The notes under the pieces were generated by a model. It was not told the origin of the DNA and made no database searches. It was given only the letters and a program-made list of their open reading frames with translations. The translations under genes were made by a program, and so were the position numbers. A stretch of 64,000 nt of DNA from an uncultured Chloroflexia bacterium (lineage in GTDB: Bacteria > Chloroflexota > Limnocylindria > QHBO01). Positions 1 to 10,459 of this stretch are shown here, piece by piece. How positions within the stretch are numbered: the stretch's first letter is position 1; each line of letters starts with the position of its first letter. Location: the NCBI GenBank assembly GCA_963814375.1, contig CAWFCQ010000008.1, forward strand, positions 96,001-160,000, read 5' to 3'.

Positions 1-3000
1 ACCCGTCAGGCGCGCAGTCGCCGCCCCAAGCTTCCGCCTCATATCCGGGGATATCGAAGATCTCCGAGGCCACATGGTCGCCGGGTGTCACCTCGTTTGT
101 CACCCCCCATTCGACGTCGACGCCATCGATCTGTGGCTGGAAGTCGTCCGCGGTAGCGGTGCCGCCGACGACCGTCTTCAGCAGGGTCAGTGTCGGTGCG
201 ATGTCGTCGTTGGTGATCGAGCAGGTCACCGGCTCGTCGCCGGCGGCGACGGTCACCGAGCCGGCGTCGAAGGCGCCGCCGTCACCGTTGCTGCAGGTCC
301 AGGCGCTGGGCTCGTAGCCGAGGACGGCCAGCTCGGCCAGGGTGTAGGTGCCGGGCGCGACCTCCAGCGTGGCGGCGGTGTAGGTGAAGGTGTCGGTCGG
401 GTCCTCGACCGCGGCGCCGAAGGTGAGCGCGCCGGCGCTGGTGGTGATGCCGAAGTCGTCGACCACCGCCGTGCCGCCGTCGTCGTTGACGACGACCTTC
501 TCGATGATCAGCTCGATGGGCTGGTCGTCGTTGGTGATCGAGCAGGTCACCGGCTCGTCGCCGGCGGCGACGGTCACCGAGCCGGCGTCGAAGGCGCCGC
601 CGTCACCGTTGCTGCAGGTCCAGGCGCTGGGCTCGTAGCCGAGGACGGCCAGCTCGGCCAGGGTGTAGGTGCCGGGCGCGACCTCCAGCGTGGCGGCGGT
701 GTAGGTGAAGGTGTCGGTCGGGTCCTCGACCGCGGCGCCGAAGGTGAGCGCGCCGGCGCTGGTGGTGATGCCGAAGTCGTCGACCACCGCCGTGCCGCCG
801 TCGTCGTTGACGACGACCTTCTCGATGATCAGCTCGATGGGCTGGTCGTCGTTGGTGATCGAGCAGGTCACCGGCTCGTCGCCGGCGGCGACGGTCACCG
901 AGCCGGCGTCGAAGGCGCCGCCGTCACCGTTGCTGCAGGTCCAGGCGCTGGGCTCGTAGCCGAGGACGGCCAGCTCGGCCAGGGTGTAGGTGCCGGGCGC
1001 GACCTCCAGCGTGGCGGCGGTGTAGGTGAAGGTGTCGGTCGGGTCCTCGACCGCGGCGCCGAAGGTGAGCGCGCCGGCGCTGGTGGTGATGCCGAAGTCG
1101 TCGACCACCGCCGTGCCGCCGTCGTCGTTGACGACGACCTTCTCGATGATCAGCTCGATCGGCTGGTCGTGTTGGTGATCGAGCAGGTCACCGGTCGTCG
1201 CCGGCGTCGATGGTGACCGAGATCGACGTCACCGGCGTCGAAGCCGTCGCCGCCGCCGTTGCTGCACGTCCAGGCGGCACGATGCGGCCGATGACTGGCT
1301 CGCGGCGCCGGTGCAGGCGATGCCGTGAGCGTCCAGCCGGCAGGCACGTTCTCAGTCACGATCTTCCCGTCGAACTGGCCTGGGCCGAAGGTGATGGGGT
1401 TGCCCGCGAGGGCCGGCGCCCCCGTGGTGGTGATGCCGAAGTCGTCGACACCGCCGTGCCGCCGTCGTCGTTGACGACGGTCTTCTCGATGATGAGCTCG
1501 ACCAGTTGGGTGTTCGTGTAGGTGCAGGTCGAGCCGCGTCACCGGGCAGCAGGGCGATGCTGGCCAAGCCGGTGGCGAGGGTGGTCGTGCCCTTCGAGCA
1601 GACCAGGCTGGCGAGCGGTCCAGCCGAGGACCGGCGAGGTCTCCTGGATGGTCGTGTTGGTGCCGGTCGCGTCGGCGCCGGTGAAGGTGAAGGTGACGGT
1701 GTTCGCTGTGCCCGAGGCGGCGTCGTCGTCGAGGCAGAAGGTGCCGCGCCTGGAAGAGCGTCCCGCCGCCGGTGCCGGTCGTCGCGTAGGTGAAGAACTG
1801 GGCGGCATCGGGCACGGCGTCCTTGGTGACCGAGACGTGGCATCCGCGGTGTTGGTGAACGTGCAGGTCGGGGCATCCCCGCCCGTGATGACCGCGCGCA
1901 CGGTGGTGTCGCCCGGATCGAAGCCGAGGGTGGCGCCCGGGGCGAAGGTGGCGCCGATGCCGGTGCCGATGGTGATCTCGGCGCCGACGGCGGAGCACAC
2001 GATGTTCGTGAGCGTCCAGCCGGCCTCAGGCAGCTCCTGGACGTCCTTGGTCCCGAGCTGGAGGCCGCTGAAGGGGAAGGGCGCGCTGGTCGTGGGGTTG
2101 GCGACCGCGGTGTTGCGGGTGAAGGGCGCGAGGCCCGTGCCATCGACCGCGTAGTCGAAGGTCGCCGTGCCGCCCACGGTCGTCTTCTCGATGTCGAGCG
2201 AGGCGTTCTGGGTGTTGGTGTAGGTGCAGGTCACCGCGTCACCGGGCAGCAGGGCGATGCTGGCGAGGCCGGTGGCCGGATTGGTCGTGCCCTTCGAGCA
2301 GACCAGGCTGGTGAGGGTCCAACCGGGGACCGGCAGGATCTCCCGGATCGTCTTGGGGCCGGTCGCGTCGGCGCCCGTGAAGGTGAAGGTGCAAGGTGTT
2401 CGCGGTGCCCGAGGCGGGATCGTCGTCGAGGAAGAAGCTCCCGCCCTGGAAGAGGGTCCCGCCGCCGGTGCCGGTCGTTGCGAACTGGAAGAGCTGGTCT
2501 GCGTTGGGCACGGCGTCCTTGGTGACCGTGATGGTGGCATCCGCGGTGTTGGTGAACGTGCAGGTCGGGGCATCCCCGCCCGTGATGACCGCGCGCACGG
2601 TGGTGTCGCCCGGATCGAAGCCGAGGGTGGCGCCCGGGGCGAAGGTGGCGCCGATGCCGGTGCCGATGGTGATCTCGGCGCCGACGGCGGAGCACACGAT
2701 GTTCGTGAGCGTCCAGCCGGCCTCAGGCAGCTCCTGGACGTCCTTGGTCCCGAGCTGGAGGCCGCTGAAGGGGAAGGGCGCGCTGGTCGTGGGGTTGGCG
2801 ACCGCGGTGTTGCGGGTGAAGGGCGCGAGGCCCGTGCCATCGACCGCGTAGTCGAAGGTCGCCGTGCCGCCCACGGTCGTCTTCTCGATGTCGAGCGAGG
2901 CGTTCTGGGTGTTGGTGTAGGTGCAGGAGACGTTGTTGCCCGCCTCGATGGCCACGCTCACGGTGGTGTCACCCGGATCGAAGCCGTCGCTGCCACCGGT

Positions 3001-6000
3001 CTGGAAGACGCCGCTCACAAAGCGGCCGATGATCAGGCCGGCGGGGTTGCCGGTGCAGACGATGTTCGTGAGCGTCCAGCCGGGCTCGGGCGTCTCGGTG
3101 ACCATCTTGGTGCCGAACTGGGTGGCGGTGAAGGCGAAGGGCGCACTGGTCGTGGGGTTGGCGACCGCGGTGTTGCGGGTGAAGGCGGTCGGGACGTTCA
3201 GGCCGGAGCCGGTGAAGTCAAAGGTCGCGGTGCCGCCGCCCACGCTCTGCTTCTCGATGTCGAGCGAGGCGTTCTGAGTGTTGGTGAACGTGCAGGTCGG
3301 GGCGTCATCGTCCCCGAGGTCAGCCCGCACGGTGGTGTCGCCGGGTTGAAGTCGGCAGCCGCCCGGCGAGGCGAAGCCTAAGCCGATGCCGGTGCCGATG
3401 GTGATCTCGGCGCCGTTGGCGGTGCACACGATGTTCGTGAGCGTCCAGCCGGGCTCCGGCGACTCCTGGACGTACTTGACTCCGAACTGGGGGGCGGTGA
3501 ATTCGAAGGGCGCGCTGGTCGTGGGGTTGGCGACCGCGGTGTTGCGGGTGAAGGGCGTGAGGCCCGTGCCGTTGACCGTGTAGTCGAAGGTCGCGGTGCC
3601 GCCCACGCTCGTCTTCTCGATGTCGAGCGAGGCCGAGCAGAGGGCGAGCGCGAGCGCGCGGAGGGCGTCACCGAGCTCGTCGGCCGTCCCGACGAGGTAG
3701 TCGTTTGCGAGGACGTTGGCTTGGTTCGTCACCGGGCCCGCGACGCCCCAGAAGTTCTCCTGCGAGATCGTGCCGGCCCTACCGGCCCCGATCGCGAAGA
3801 CGCGCGACTCAGGCTGCGGGCCAGCGCCGTCACCGCTCTTCAGCCGGTTGGCCGACGTCACGGCCTCCGTGTAGTCGTCCCAGTTGACCTCGCCGGTGCT
3901 TGTGGCGCCGCCCGGCAGGTTGTTGGCGGTCGGGTTGCCGTCCGTGATGAAGACCACGAGGTGCGGGTTCGGGTCAAACGATGTTGCCGAGAGCTGCAGC
4001 CCGCCATCCCAGTTCGTGCCGCCGCCCAGGTTGTCGTAGATGGCTGCGATCACAGTGTCGAGGGTGCCGTTGCTGGCCTGGACGTTCTGGTAGGGGGAGC
4101 CCAGGGGCGAGGCCGCCGACGCCGTAGCCGCGAACGACACGATGCCGATCTCGGTGTTGGTGCCCACGAGGTCATTGACGAAGGCGAGCGCCGCCGTCTC
4201 GTAGTTGGCGGACCCGTTGTCGTTGATGGAACCCGACCGGTCGAGCACGAGCACGACGCGGAGGAGGTCCGCACACTGCAGGGCAGGGAGCGGCGGGTTC
4301 ACCCGGCTGTTGGCGAACCAGTCAGTCACCTTATGGCTGTTCAGGCCGTTGTTGGCGTTGCCGTCGACGACGAGAGGATAACCATCGAAATTGGGGCTCC
4401 GGTCGGCCGCGGGATCACCGTAGCGGTGGGCCGCGTACGGCAGCGGGGGGTTGTCGATGATGAACGAGCCGGGGGCCCAAGTAGTGATGGTGTTGAAGGC
4501 GGGATTCGAGACGGAAATCTCCTGGACCCAGTAGCCGCCAGCCGCGAGGTTCACGAACACGCATTGCCCGGCCGCCGCGCCCCCGGCGCCAGTCACGCAG
4601 CTGGTGACGAACACGTCACCGGTGCCCGGCTCGAACTCGCCGTCGCCGTCGTCTCTCCAGAGGCCCATCGTCGCGCCGTTCAGTGGCTGGTTGGTGCCAT
4701 CGGCTGCGCGATCCCCCCACTTGCGCGCCGTGATCGTGCTCAGGGCGTTGGCCCGCGGATCGGAGAGGCGGAAGTGGGCGACGCTGCAGACTGCCCAACC
4801 GGGGTCAGTCACGCCTTCCGCCGTCGTCTCGTTGAGGCGTGCGGCGATCGAGTTGTCCTCCTCCCCGAACAACGTGGCGCCAACCGAATCGCACTCGAAG
4901 CCCGTCAGCTCCCATCCAGGCGGTGGCTCGCCGGTGTCGTCTCCCGGCTCGGTGGGGCCGGGTGGCACCGTGACGAGAGGTCCGACCTCGATGACACGGT
5001 AGTGGCGGTCGGGATCGAGTTGGTCCCACGTGAAGGATTCTCCGTGGCTCAGAGTCACAGGCTGCGGATTGGTGATGGTGGGACCGAACTCCTCCGGATT
5101 CACCCACAGGCGCGTTGGCTGCGGCGTGCACGCCGTGGTGCTTCCGGTCTCGCTGCATTCCTCGAGGAAGAAGTTGAATTCAGCGGCGGGATCGACACTG
5201 GCGCTGACCGTGACCGTGAACGTCCAGGGGTCCCGGGGGACACCTAGCCCGCCCGGGTCATCGATGGTGCCGTCGGCGCGGAGGTCCTCGTCGCCGGCCC
5301 CGCCGTCGACGAGTGTCACCGTGACCTCGTCCGTGGCGTGGTCGGCGTCGGCGCGGGCTGTCAGGTCCGACCAGCGCCCGTTCTGGAGGACCCAGAACTC
5401 GGTATCGACTTCATGCCTGATCGTGCCATCCGGGAGATGGAACGTGACGGCGGCTGCATCGCCTGGCTCCGCGACCACGACTTCGTATTCGAACAGGCCG
5501 GCGGGGAAGAAGATGCCGGGTGGCGGCGGGGGATCCGTGGGGACCGATACGGCGCGGACGTTCTGGAGGATCGTCCCTGGCGGCGACTCGACGGTCACCA
5601 GGTCGTCGAACGCACCGTTACGGTCGATGTCGGCGGCAGCGACCAATGTGACACGGTTGCGTTCAGTGCTCGCGCGCGAGTCTGCTGGTGCAGATGCCGA
5701 TGTCCCGGGCGCCGGCGATGCCAATTCATCGGCACTCGACGATGGCGGCGCGGATTCGACTGGTGGGCTCGCCTCGGGCAATAGAGCCGGGTCCGAGCTG
5801 GGTTCAGCCGACGAGCTCGCCTCGGGCGACGCCGACGGCTCGGGTTCGGGCTCTACGGACGGCTCGCCCTCCTGCTGCGATCCCGGAGCAGGCGGATCTT
5901 GGGCGATGACCGGGGCAGGGACCGTGATGACGCTGGCCAGCAGCAGTGCGGCCTGCAGCAGAACGATGCCCCTGAAGGAGGCTCGCACGCGGTGAGGAGG

Positions 6001-6009
6001 CTGCGTCAC
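1..6009 (-). CDS. Giant surface adhesin: signal peptide, choice-of-anchor-U-like domain, vWA domain, many SpaA/prealbumin-like repeats; frameshifted and runs off the left edge
   Basis: GTG start at 6009 gives a signal-like N-terminus (GIVLLQAALLLASVITVPAPVIA). vWA MIDAS elements DRSGS, GGTNW, FITDG are present, followed by LDIEK...CTFTN repeat units. Coding-like repeats continue across ORFs 2239..6129 and 1539..2840 and on to position 1. Confidence 0.85.
203..1159. repeat. Three near-identical 321-bp tandem repeats (107-aa domain) inside the adhesin
   Basis: gtcgtcgttggtgatcgagcaggtcacc recurs at 203, 524 and 845; identical spurious ORFs at 384 and 705 confirm the 321-bp period. Confidence 0.95.
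1838..2926. repeat. About 390-bp near-identical duplication (approx. 1838-2229 and 2535-2926) inside the adhesin
   Basis: catccgcggtgttggtgaacgtgcagg at 1841 and 2538 (offset 697). Confidence 0.9.
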
Positions 6010-6061
6010 TCGTATCCCTCGAGTCGGACGCTCGGGACCGAAGGGTGGCACATCGATCGTG

Positions 6062-6097
6062 GGAATACAATGCGTATGCTGGAATACATTGCGGATG
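6062..6097. promoter_or_regulatory. Imperfect 17-bp direct repeat upstream of the adhesin, putative regulator site
   Basis: ggaatacaatgcgtatg (6062) and ggaatacattgcggatg (6081) in a locally AT-richer intergenic stretch. Confidence 0.45.
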
Positions 6098-6317
6098 GGC
6101 AGGCCTGACCACGCGGATCCACTTTTCATAAGGAATCCGGTATGCGGTTCCAGGTTCTCCGTCGTCCCGATTCGGAGGGTGCATAGGGCTCCAACCGTGG
6201 ACGCGCAATCCGCCTTACCTCAAGGCGGTGGTCGGTCCGGGTCGGCCGCGCGCAGTCGGTACAGGTCAGGCGCGGGCGAAGGTCGTCGTCACGGTCACAT
6301 GACCGCGAGACTGCTGG

Positions 6318-6785
6318 CTACGGGTCCGGTGCTGTGAGGAGCCAGAGCGCAAGCGCGACCTCGGCGACACCGCCGAAGAGGACGACCGCGAGCGTGGCCC
6401 AGGTCGGGACCCCGGGCACGATGGCGATCAGCCACGCCAGCCCTGCGAGAGCAATGAGCACGCCAAGGGCGACCGGCGCGAACGTCGACTGCGCGATGAG
6501 GTATCCCAGCACCAAGAGGTAGGCCGCGAACGGGAGCAGCGCGAGACGAAGCATTCCGGCGTCGGCCCGCACTTGCCCGACACCCTGGATCGCGTAATGG
6601 ATGAACGCCAGCGGCAGCAGCGCCAGGGCAATCTGCGGGTCGGCAGGCGCGAACAGCCGATACAGCAACACCGCGAGCACAAAGCCGGTGGCACTCCCGA
6701 CGAGCTGAAGCGGCAGGTTCCGGAGCGTCATGCCTGCCAGCGAAAGCAGCAGGAACGCAACGTACACGAGGCCAACGATCCTCAC
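6318..6785 (-). CDS. Small polytopic membrane protein (DUF4386-like)
   Basis: Several hydrophobic segments; LGYLI...P..LG.L...AG and E....LWLL pattern. Confidence 0.65.
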   Translation of the reverse strand: MRIVGLVYVAFLLLSLAGMTLRNLPLQLVGSATGFVLAVLLYRLFAPADPQIALALLPLAFIHYAIQGVGQVRADAGMLRLALLPFAAYLLVLGYLIAQSTFAPVALGVLIALAGLAWLIAIVPGVPTWATLAVVLFGGVAEVALALWLLTAPDP

Positions 6786-6892
6786 GGCTCCACCAGCTGA
6801 ACGAGCTCGCGCACTCCGTCACCCTACCGTCCGGCTGTGGGTGCCGCACCTGAGTCCGAGCTGACCGTCGGTGGACGGCCCGTCCAGCGTGG

Positions 6893-7378
6893 CTACCGGG
6901 GCTCTCGTTTCTTCCCCCCGAAACCCGGGATAGCGGTGGCCTGTTTCATCCACGACGCGAGTTGGCGTTCGTCGATGTCGTCCACTGATTCGAGGTCCAC
7001 GCCTCGAGAGTCCTTGCCCATCCCGATCGGCGCCACCGGCGGTACGGGCGTGAGTGCCGTGCCGCGCCCGAACGTGAGCTTGACGTGGCCGGCGAAGCCG
7101 CCGCACGAGAAGCACCAGCCGTCGCCGACGCCATACCACGCCATGCCCCACTTCACAGAGCGATGCAGGGCTGGCAGCGTCTTGGCCGCCAGGGCATCGA
7201 CGCGTTCGGCGATGGAGCGTTGCGGCTGCGGCAAGCTGCTGATGTAGGCAAAGACCGGCTTGTCGCCGACCGCGGCCTTCGCGGGGCTTGCCCTGCCAGT
7301 CATGGCGGCTGGCAGCGTCGTGAGGACGTTGCCTTGCGCGGCCGGGCGCTCTGGCTGCTTTCCGTTGTCAGCCGACAT
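6893..7378 (-). CDS. DUF1801 (YdhG-like) protein
   Basis: YISSLPQPQR...VKWGMAWY...HVKLTF.RG..L; GAGGAG RBS upstream of ATG 7378. Confidence 0.85.
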   Translation of the reverse strand: MSADNGKQPERPAAQGNVLTTLPAAMTGRASPAKAAVGDKPVFAYISSLPQPQRSIAERVDALAAKTLPALHRSVKWGMAWYGVGDGWCFSCGGFAGHVKLTFGRGTALTPVPPVAPIGMGKDSRGVDLESVDDIDERQLASWMKQATAIPGFGGKKREPR

Positions 7379-7526
7379 CACACACTCCTCACGAACAGCT
7401 CGACACAACGATCTGTCGCACGCGGTACACCTCCGATCGGTCTCGATGCTCGAATTGACTCATCGAGCCGCCGAAACTCATCGTGCGAAGTGCCCCATCG
7501 GATCCATGCCGCAGGCTCGCGGCGTC

Positions 7527-8303
7527 TCAGGCGGCCGACTGGAGCGTGATGGTCCAGGTTCGATTCCGTCCGATGGGCGGATCGACCTCGAGAGACCAGC
7601 GTGTGGCCAGAAGGTCGGCGATGTCGAGGGGATCCTCCGGTACCGCCACCGACGAGAGGAGGTGGCTTGCTGCCTCGCCGCGAATGCGTTTCGCGATAAC
7701 GTCGCCGATGCGAGCCGGGCCTCCCGGCCGCGGTCTGATCCGCAACCTCGCGCTCTGGTCATCGAGACCGGTGGGGCGACCGACTGCCTGGTAGGCCGGC
7801 GAGCGCAGATCGACGACCGGCCCGCGCCTCTCGGCCGCATCGGCGAGGATGGGAGGCAGGAGGGTGCGCCAGCCCGGCTCCAAGCGGTCCATGCCGGCCA
7901 GCCGCGCGCAGACGTGGAGGCGGTACGGCGGGATGCGATCCGCGGGGCGCACCGCGCCCCACAGCGCTGACACGATGACCAGTTGCCTTGCGGCACGTTT
8001 CTCAGCGTCGGCCGACCATGATCCGACGTCGAGTCCCTCGTAGAGCGGCCCGGCATACGTGTCGACGGCACGCCTCGTCGGGAGGTCGCGCAGGTACTCG
8101 TTGCGTGCGACCTCGCCGGCGAGCGACGGCCCGACCATCAGGCGCCGAAGCGCATCGGGGCGTTGGCTGGTCGCGACGAGCGCGTCCATGACGCGCTCGC
8201 GCATCGCGGACAGTGACGGGAATGACAGCTGGCCGAGATCGAGTGGCGACCCGCCCTCAGGTGGCGGCAGCTTCGTCTCCGACGGCGGGAGGACGATCAG
8301 CAC
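7527..8303 (-). CDS. yaaA: Peroxide stress protein YaaA (UPF0246)
   Basis: MLIVLPPSETK N-terminus, Y.G.LY..L, SALWG.VRP.D.IPPYRL, DLRS..Y, AK..RG. Confidence 0.9.
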   Translation of the reverse strand: MLIVLPPSETKLPPPEGGSPLDLGQLSFPSLSAMRERVMDALVATSQRPDALRRLMVGPSLAGEVARNEYLRDLPTRRAVDTYAGPLYEGLDVGSWSADAEKRAARQLVIVSALWGAVRPADRIPPYRLHVCARLAGMDRLEPGWRTLLPPILADAAERRGPVVDLRSPAYQAVGRPTGLDDQSARLRIRPRPGGPARIGDVIAKRIRGEAASHLLSSVAVPEDPLDIADLLATRWSLEVDPPIGRNRTWTITLQSAA

Positions 8304-8319
8304 GACCGCATCCTAGGGG

Positions 8320-9819
8320 CTACGTCGCAGTGGGTGGTCCAAACCACGCGGTGAGCGCATCTGCCAGGCCCGCCTGCGTTCCGTCTCCCACCCAGGCCAC
8401 ATATCCATCCGGCCGAATCACCACGGCGGTGGGGGCAGCGACCGCCCCGAGTGCCGGAAGCTCCCACGTACCGTGATATGTGGCGTCGATTGACTGAACG
8501 CGATCCGCCCATGGAGTGATGTCGAGGTCTCCGGGCTCACCGAGGTTGAGCAGCGCGGGCCGGGCCTGGTGCAGCAGGGTGAAGACCCGTAGCGGGCCGT
8601 CGGCGGTGACCAGGTCGAGGTCGGGCATGCGGCGTCCGAGGAGCGGGTGACCCTCGCCGAGGTCGTATCGGATGTCGAGACCGGACATTCTCGCGGCGAA
8701 TCGCTTGCGCGGCTCGTCCATGCTCAGTAGCTCGGACACGGAGTCGCGCAACGCCTCGATGCGATCATCGGCACGCATCAGCGCGACCTGTGCCATCGTG
8801 TCGCGCAGCACGCGGGCGGCGACCGGGTGGCGCTCCGCTTCGTAGCTGTCCAGCAGGCTGTCCGATGAGATGCCGTTCACGACCTGGCCCAGCTTCCACC
8901 CCAGGTTCACCGCATCCTGCACACCGATGTTGAGGCCCTGCCCACCGACCGGGGAGTGCACGTGCGCCGCGTCGCCGGCCAGCAGGACCCGGCCCTCTCG
9001 GTAGGCCGCGGCCTGCCGCGTCATGTCGGTGAACCTGGAGACGAAGGTGGGACTGTGGACCCCGTAGTCGGTCCCGTAGACCGCGATGAGCCGCTCGCGG
9101 AGATCGTCGAGGGTCGGTTCGGCCGCCGCGCCGACGTGTTCCTCGGTCAGCATCACCCCCACCCGTCCGCCCTCCTGATAGACGATCTGACCTTCGCGAA
9201 CCTCGTACTCGACCTTGCCCAGTGCATGGGTGCCGCTGGCGTCGCGGCGAATGCCCAGCTCCGGCTCATCCGCCATTTCGACCTGGGCGATCATGCTGCT
9301 CGTCGTCGCGTCCCAGCCGGGGAAGTCGATGCCGGCGGCCTTCCGGATCAGGCTGCGTCCTCCGTCACACCCGACCAGATACTCGGCCCGCAGCGACCGG
9401 CTGTCGGACAGCTCAACGTCGACTCCGGTGTCGTCCTGCGCGAAGCCGATGACCTCGATGCCGTAATGGATCGGGACCCCAAGCTCGCCGACCCAGCCGG
9501 CCAGGATGCGCTCGATGTGGTTCTGCCACAGCCCAAGCCCGTAGGGGTGCCTGGTGGGAAAGTCGCTGATGTCCAGACGGACGCTGGCGAAGCCCGCGAC
9601 CTGAGCCACCTGCCCCTCCGCGAGGAACCGATCCGCGATGCCACGTTGATCGAGCACCTCAATGGTGCGTGACTGCAGGCCGCCCGCGCGCGATCCGGCG
9701 AGCTCCTGGTTCGGGCGCCGCTCGACGATCGCGACATCGACGCCCGCCAACGCCAACTCGCCCGCCAGCATCAGCCCCGTCGGCCCTCCACCGACGATCA
9801 CCACCGCGTGCTCGATCAA
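8320..9819 (-). CDS. FAD-dependent monooxygenase (class A aromatic hydroxylase, Rox/OxyS-like)
   Basis: GGGPTG, VGCDGGRS, LLAGDAAHVHSPVGGQGLN, C-terminal IRPDGYVAW; GGAGG RBS before TTG 9819. Confidence 0.92.
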   Translation of the reverse strand: MIEHAVVIVGGGPTGLMLAGELALAGVDVAIVERRPNQELAGSRAGGLQSRTIEVLDQRGIADRFLAEGQVAQVAGFASVRLDISDFPTRHPYGLGLWQNHIERILAGWVGELGVPIHYGIEVIGFAQDDTGVDVELSDSRSLRAEYLVGCDGGRSLIRKAAGIDFPGWDATTSSMIAQVEMADEPELGIRRDASGTHALGKVEYEVREGQIVYQEGGRVGVMLTEEHVGAAAEPTLDDLRERLIAVYGTDYGVHSPTFVSRFTDMTRQAAAYREGRVLLAGDAAHVHSPVGGQGLNIGVQDAVNLGWKLGQVVNGISSDSLLDSYEAERHPVAARVLRDTMAQVALMRADDRIEALRDSVSELLSMDEPRKRFAARMSGLDIRYDLGEGHPLLGRRMPDLDLVTADGPLRVFTLLHQARPALLNLGEPGDLDITPWADRVQSIDATYHGTWELPALGAVAAPTAVVIRPDGYVAWVGDGTQAGLADALTAWFGPPTAT

Positions 9820-9855
9820 CCCACCTCCAGTCGGTATCACCGGGGCGGCGATGAA

Positions 9856-10371
9856 TCAGAACCGCCAGCGGGTCTGGCTGAACGTTTCCCCCTTGGCGAA
9901 CCCGAAGGCCTTGCGCGCCCGCACGTCGTATACGAGGACGGCGCCAATAGCGCCCGGCGCCGTGAACTTGCCGTCGACGAGGCGGAAGCCGAACCAGTCG
10001 TCGTACTTGTGCCGCCATGCGTCGACCAGGCGGCCGAGGCGATCGGGATCGGTCACATCAACCGCGTCGCCCTCGAGGATCACGTCCATGCCGTCCCAGC
10101 CCGAATTGCCTGCGGTGACGATGACGTGGTCGTTGCCCGCCTCCAGGTTGTGCGCCTTCTGCTCGCCGCTGCTGGTCGTGAACGAGAAGACCTCGTCTAC
10201 CCAGACGCCGCCGATCGTCGTCTGGTGCGGCCGCCCGTCAGGCCGGACGGTGGTTAGCTGGTAGGTCTTCGCGCCGCGCAGCTGATCAAGGGCGGTCGCC
10301 CAGTCCGTCGGCGTCGCGTCCTCGCTGCTGAATCGCGGGTCGAGGGTGGTCTCGGTGGTCATGGTCGGCAT
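9856..10371 (-). CDS. Pyridoxamine 5'-phosphate oxidase-like (split-barrel FMN/F420) protein
   Basis: LTTVRPDGRPH...K..NL; family-typical FSQTRWRF end. Confidence 0.88.
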   Translation of the reverse strand: MPTMTTETTLDPRFSSEDATPTDWATALDQLRGAKTYQLTTVRPDGRPHQTTIGGVWVDEVFSFTTSSGEQKAHNLEAGNDHVIVTAGNSGWDGMDVILEGDAVDVTDPDRLGRLVDAWRHKYDDWFGFRLVDGKFTAPGAIGAVLVYDVRARKAFGFAKGETFSQTRWRF

Positions 10372-10459
10372 CGGTCTTTCCTCAGGCGTGCGTCGAGGGC
10401 GTGCATCCAGGGCCCGCAAGTTGTCGGCCAGAAGAGGTGCGGCGTGGCGACGACTGAAC

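Noticed and set aside
203-1159. Tandem repeats as a CRISPR array, or the + strand ORF 74..1216 as a gene
   Set aside because: Units are 321 bp with no spacers and encode in-frame domains on the minus strand; the + ORFs are antisense shadows.
8320-9819. Rifampin monooxygenase (rox) resistance gene
   Set aside because: Only family-level motifs are visible; substrate cannot be assigned without phylogeny.
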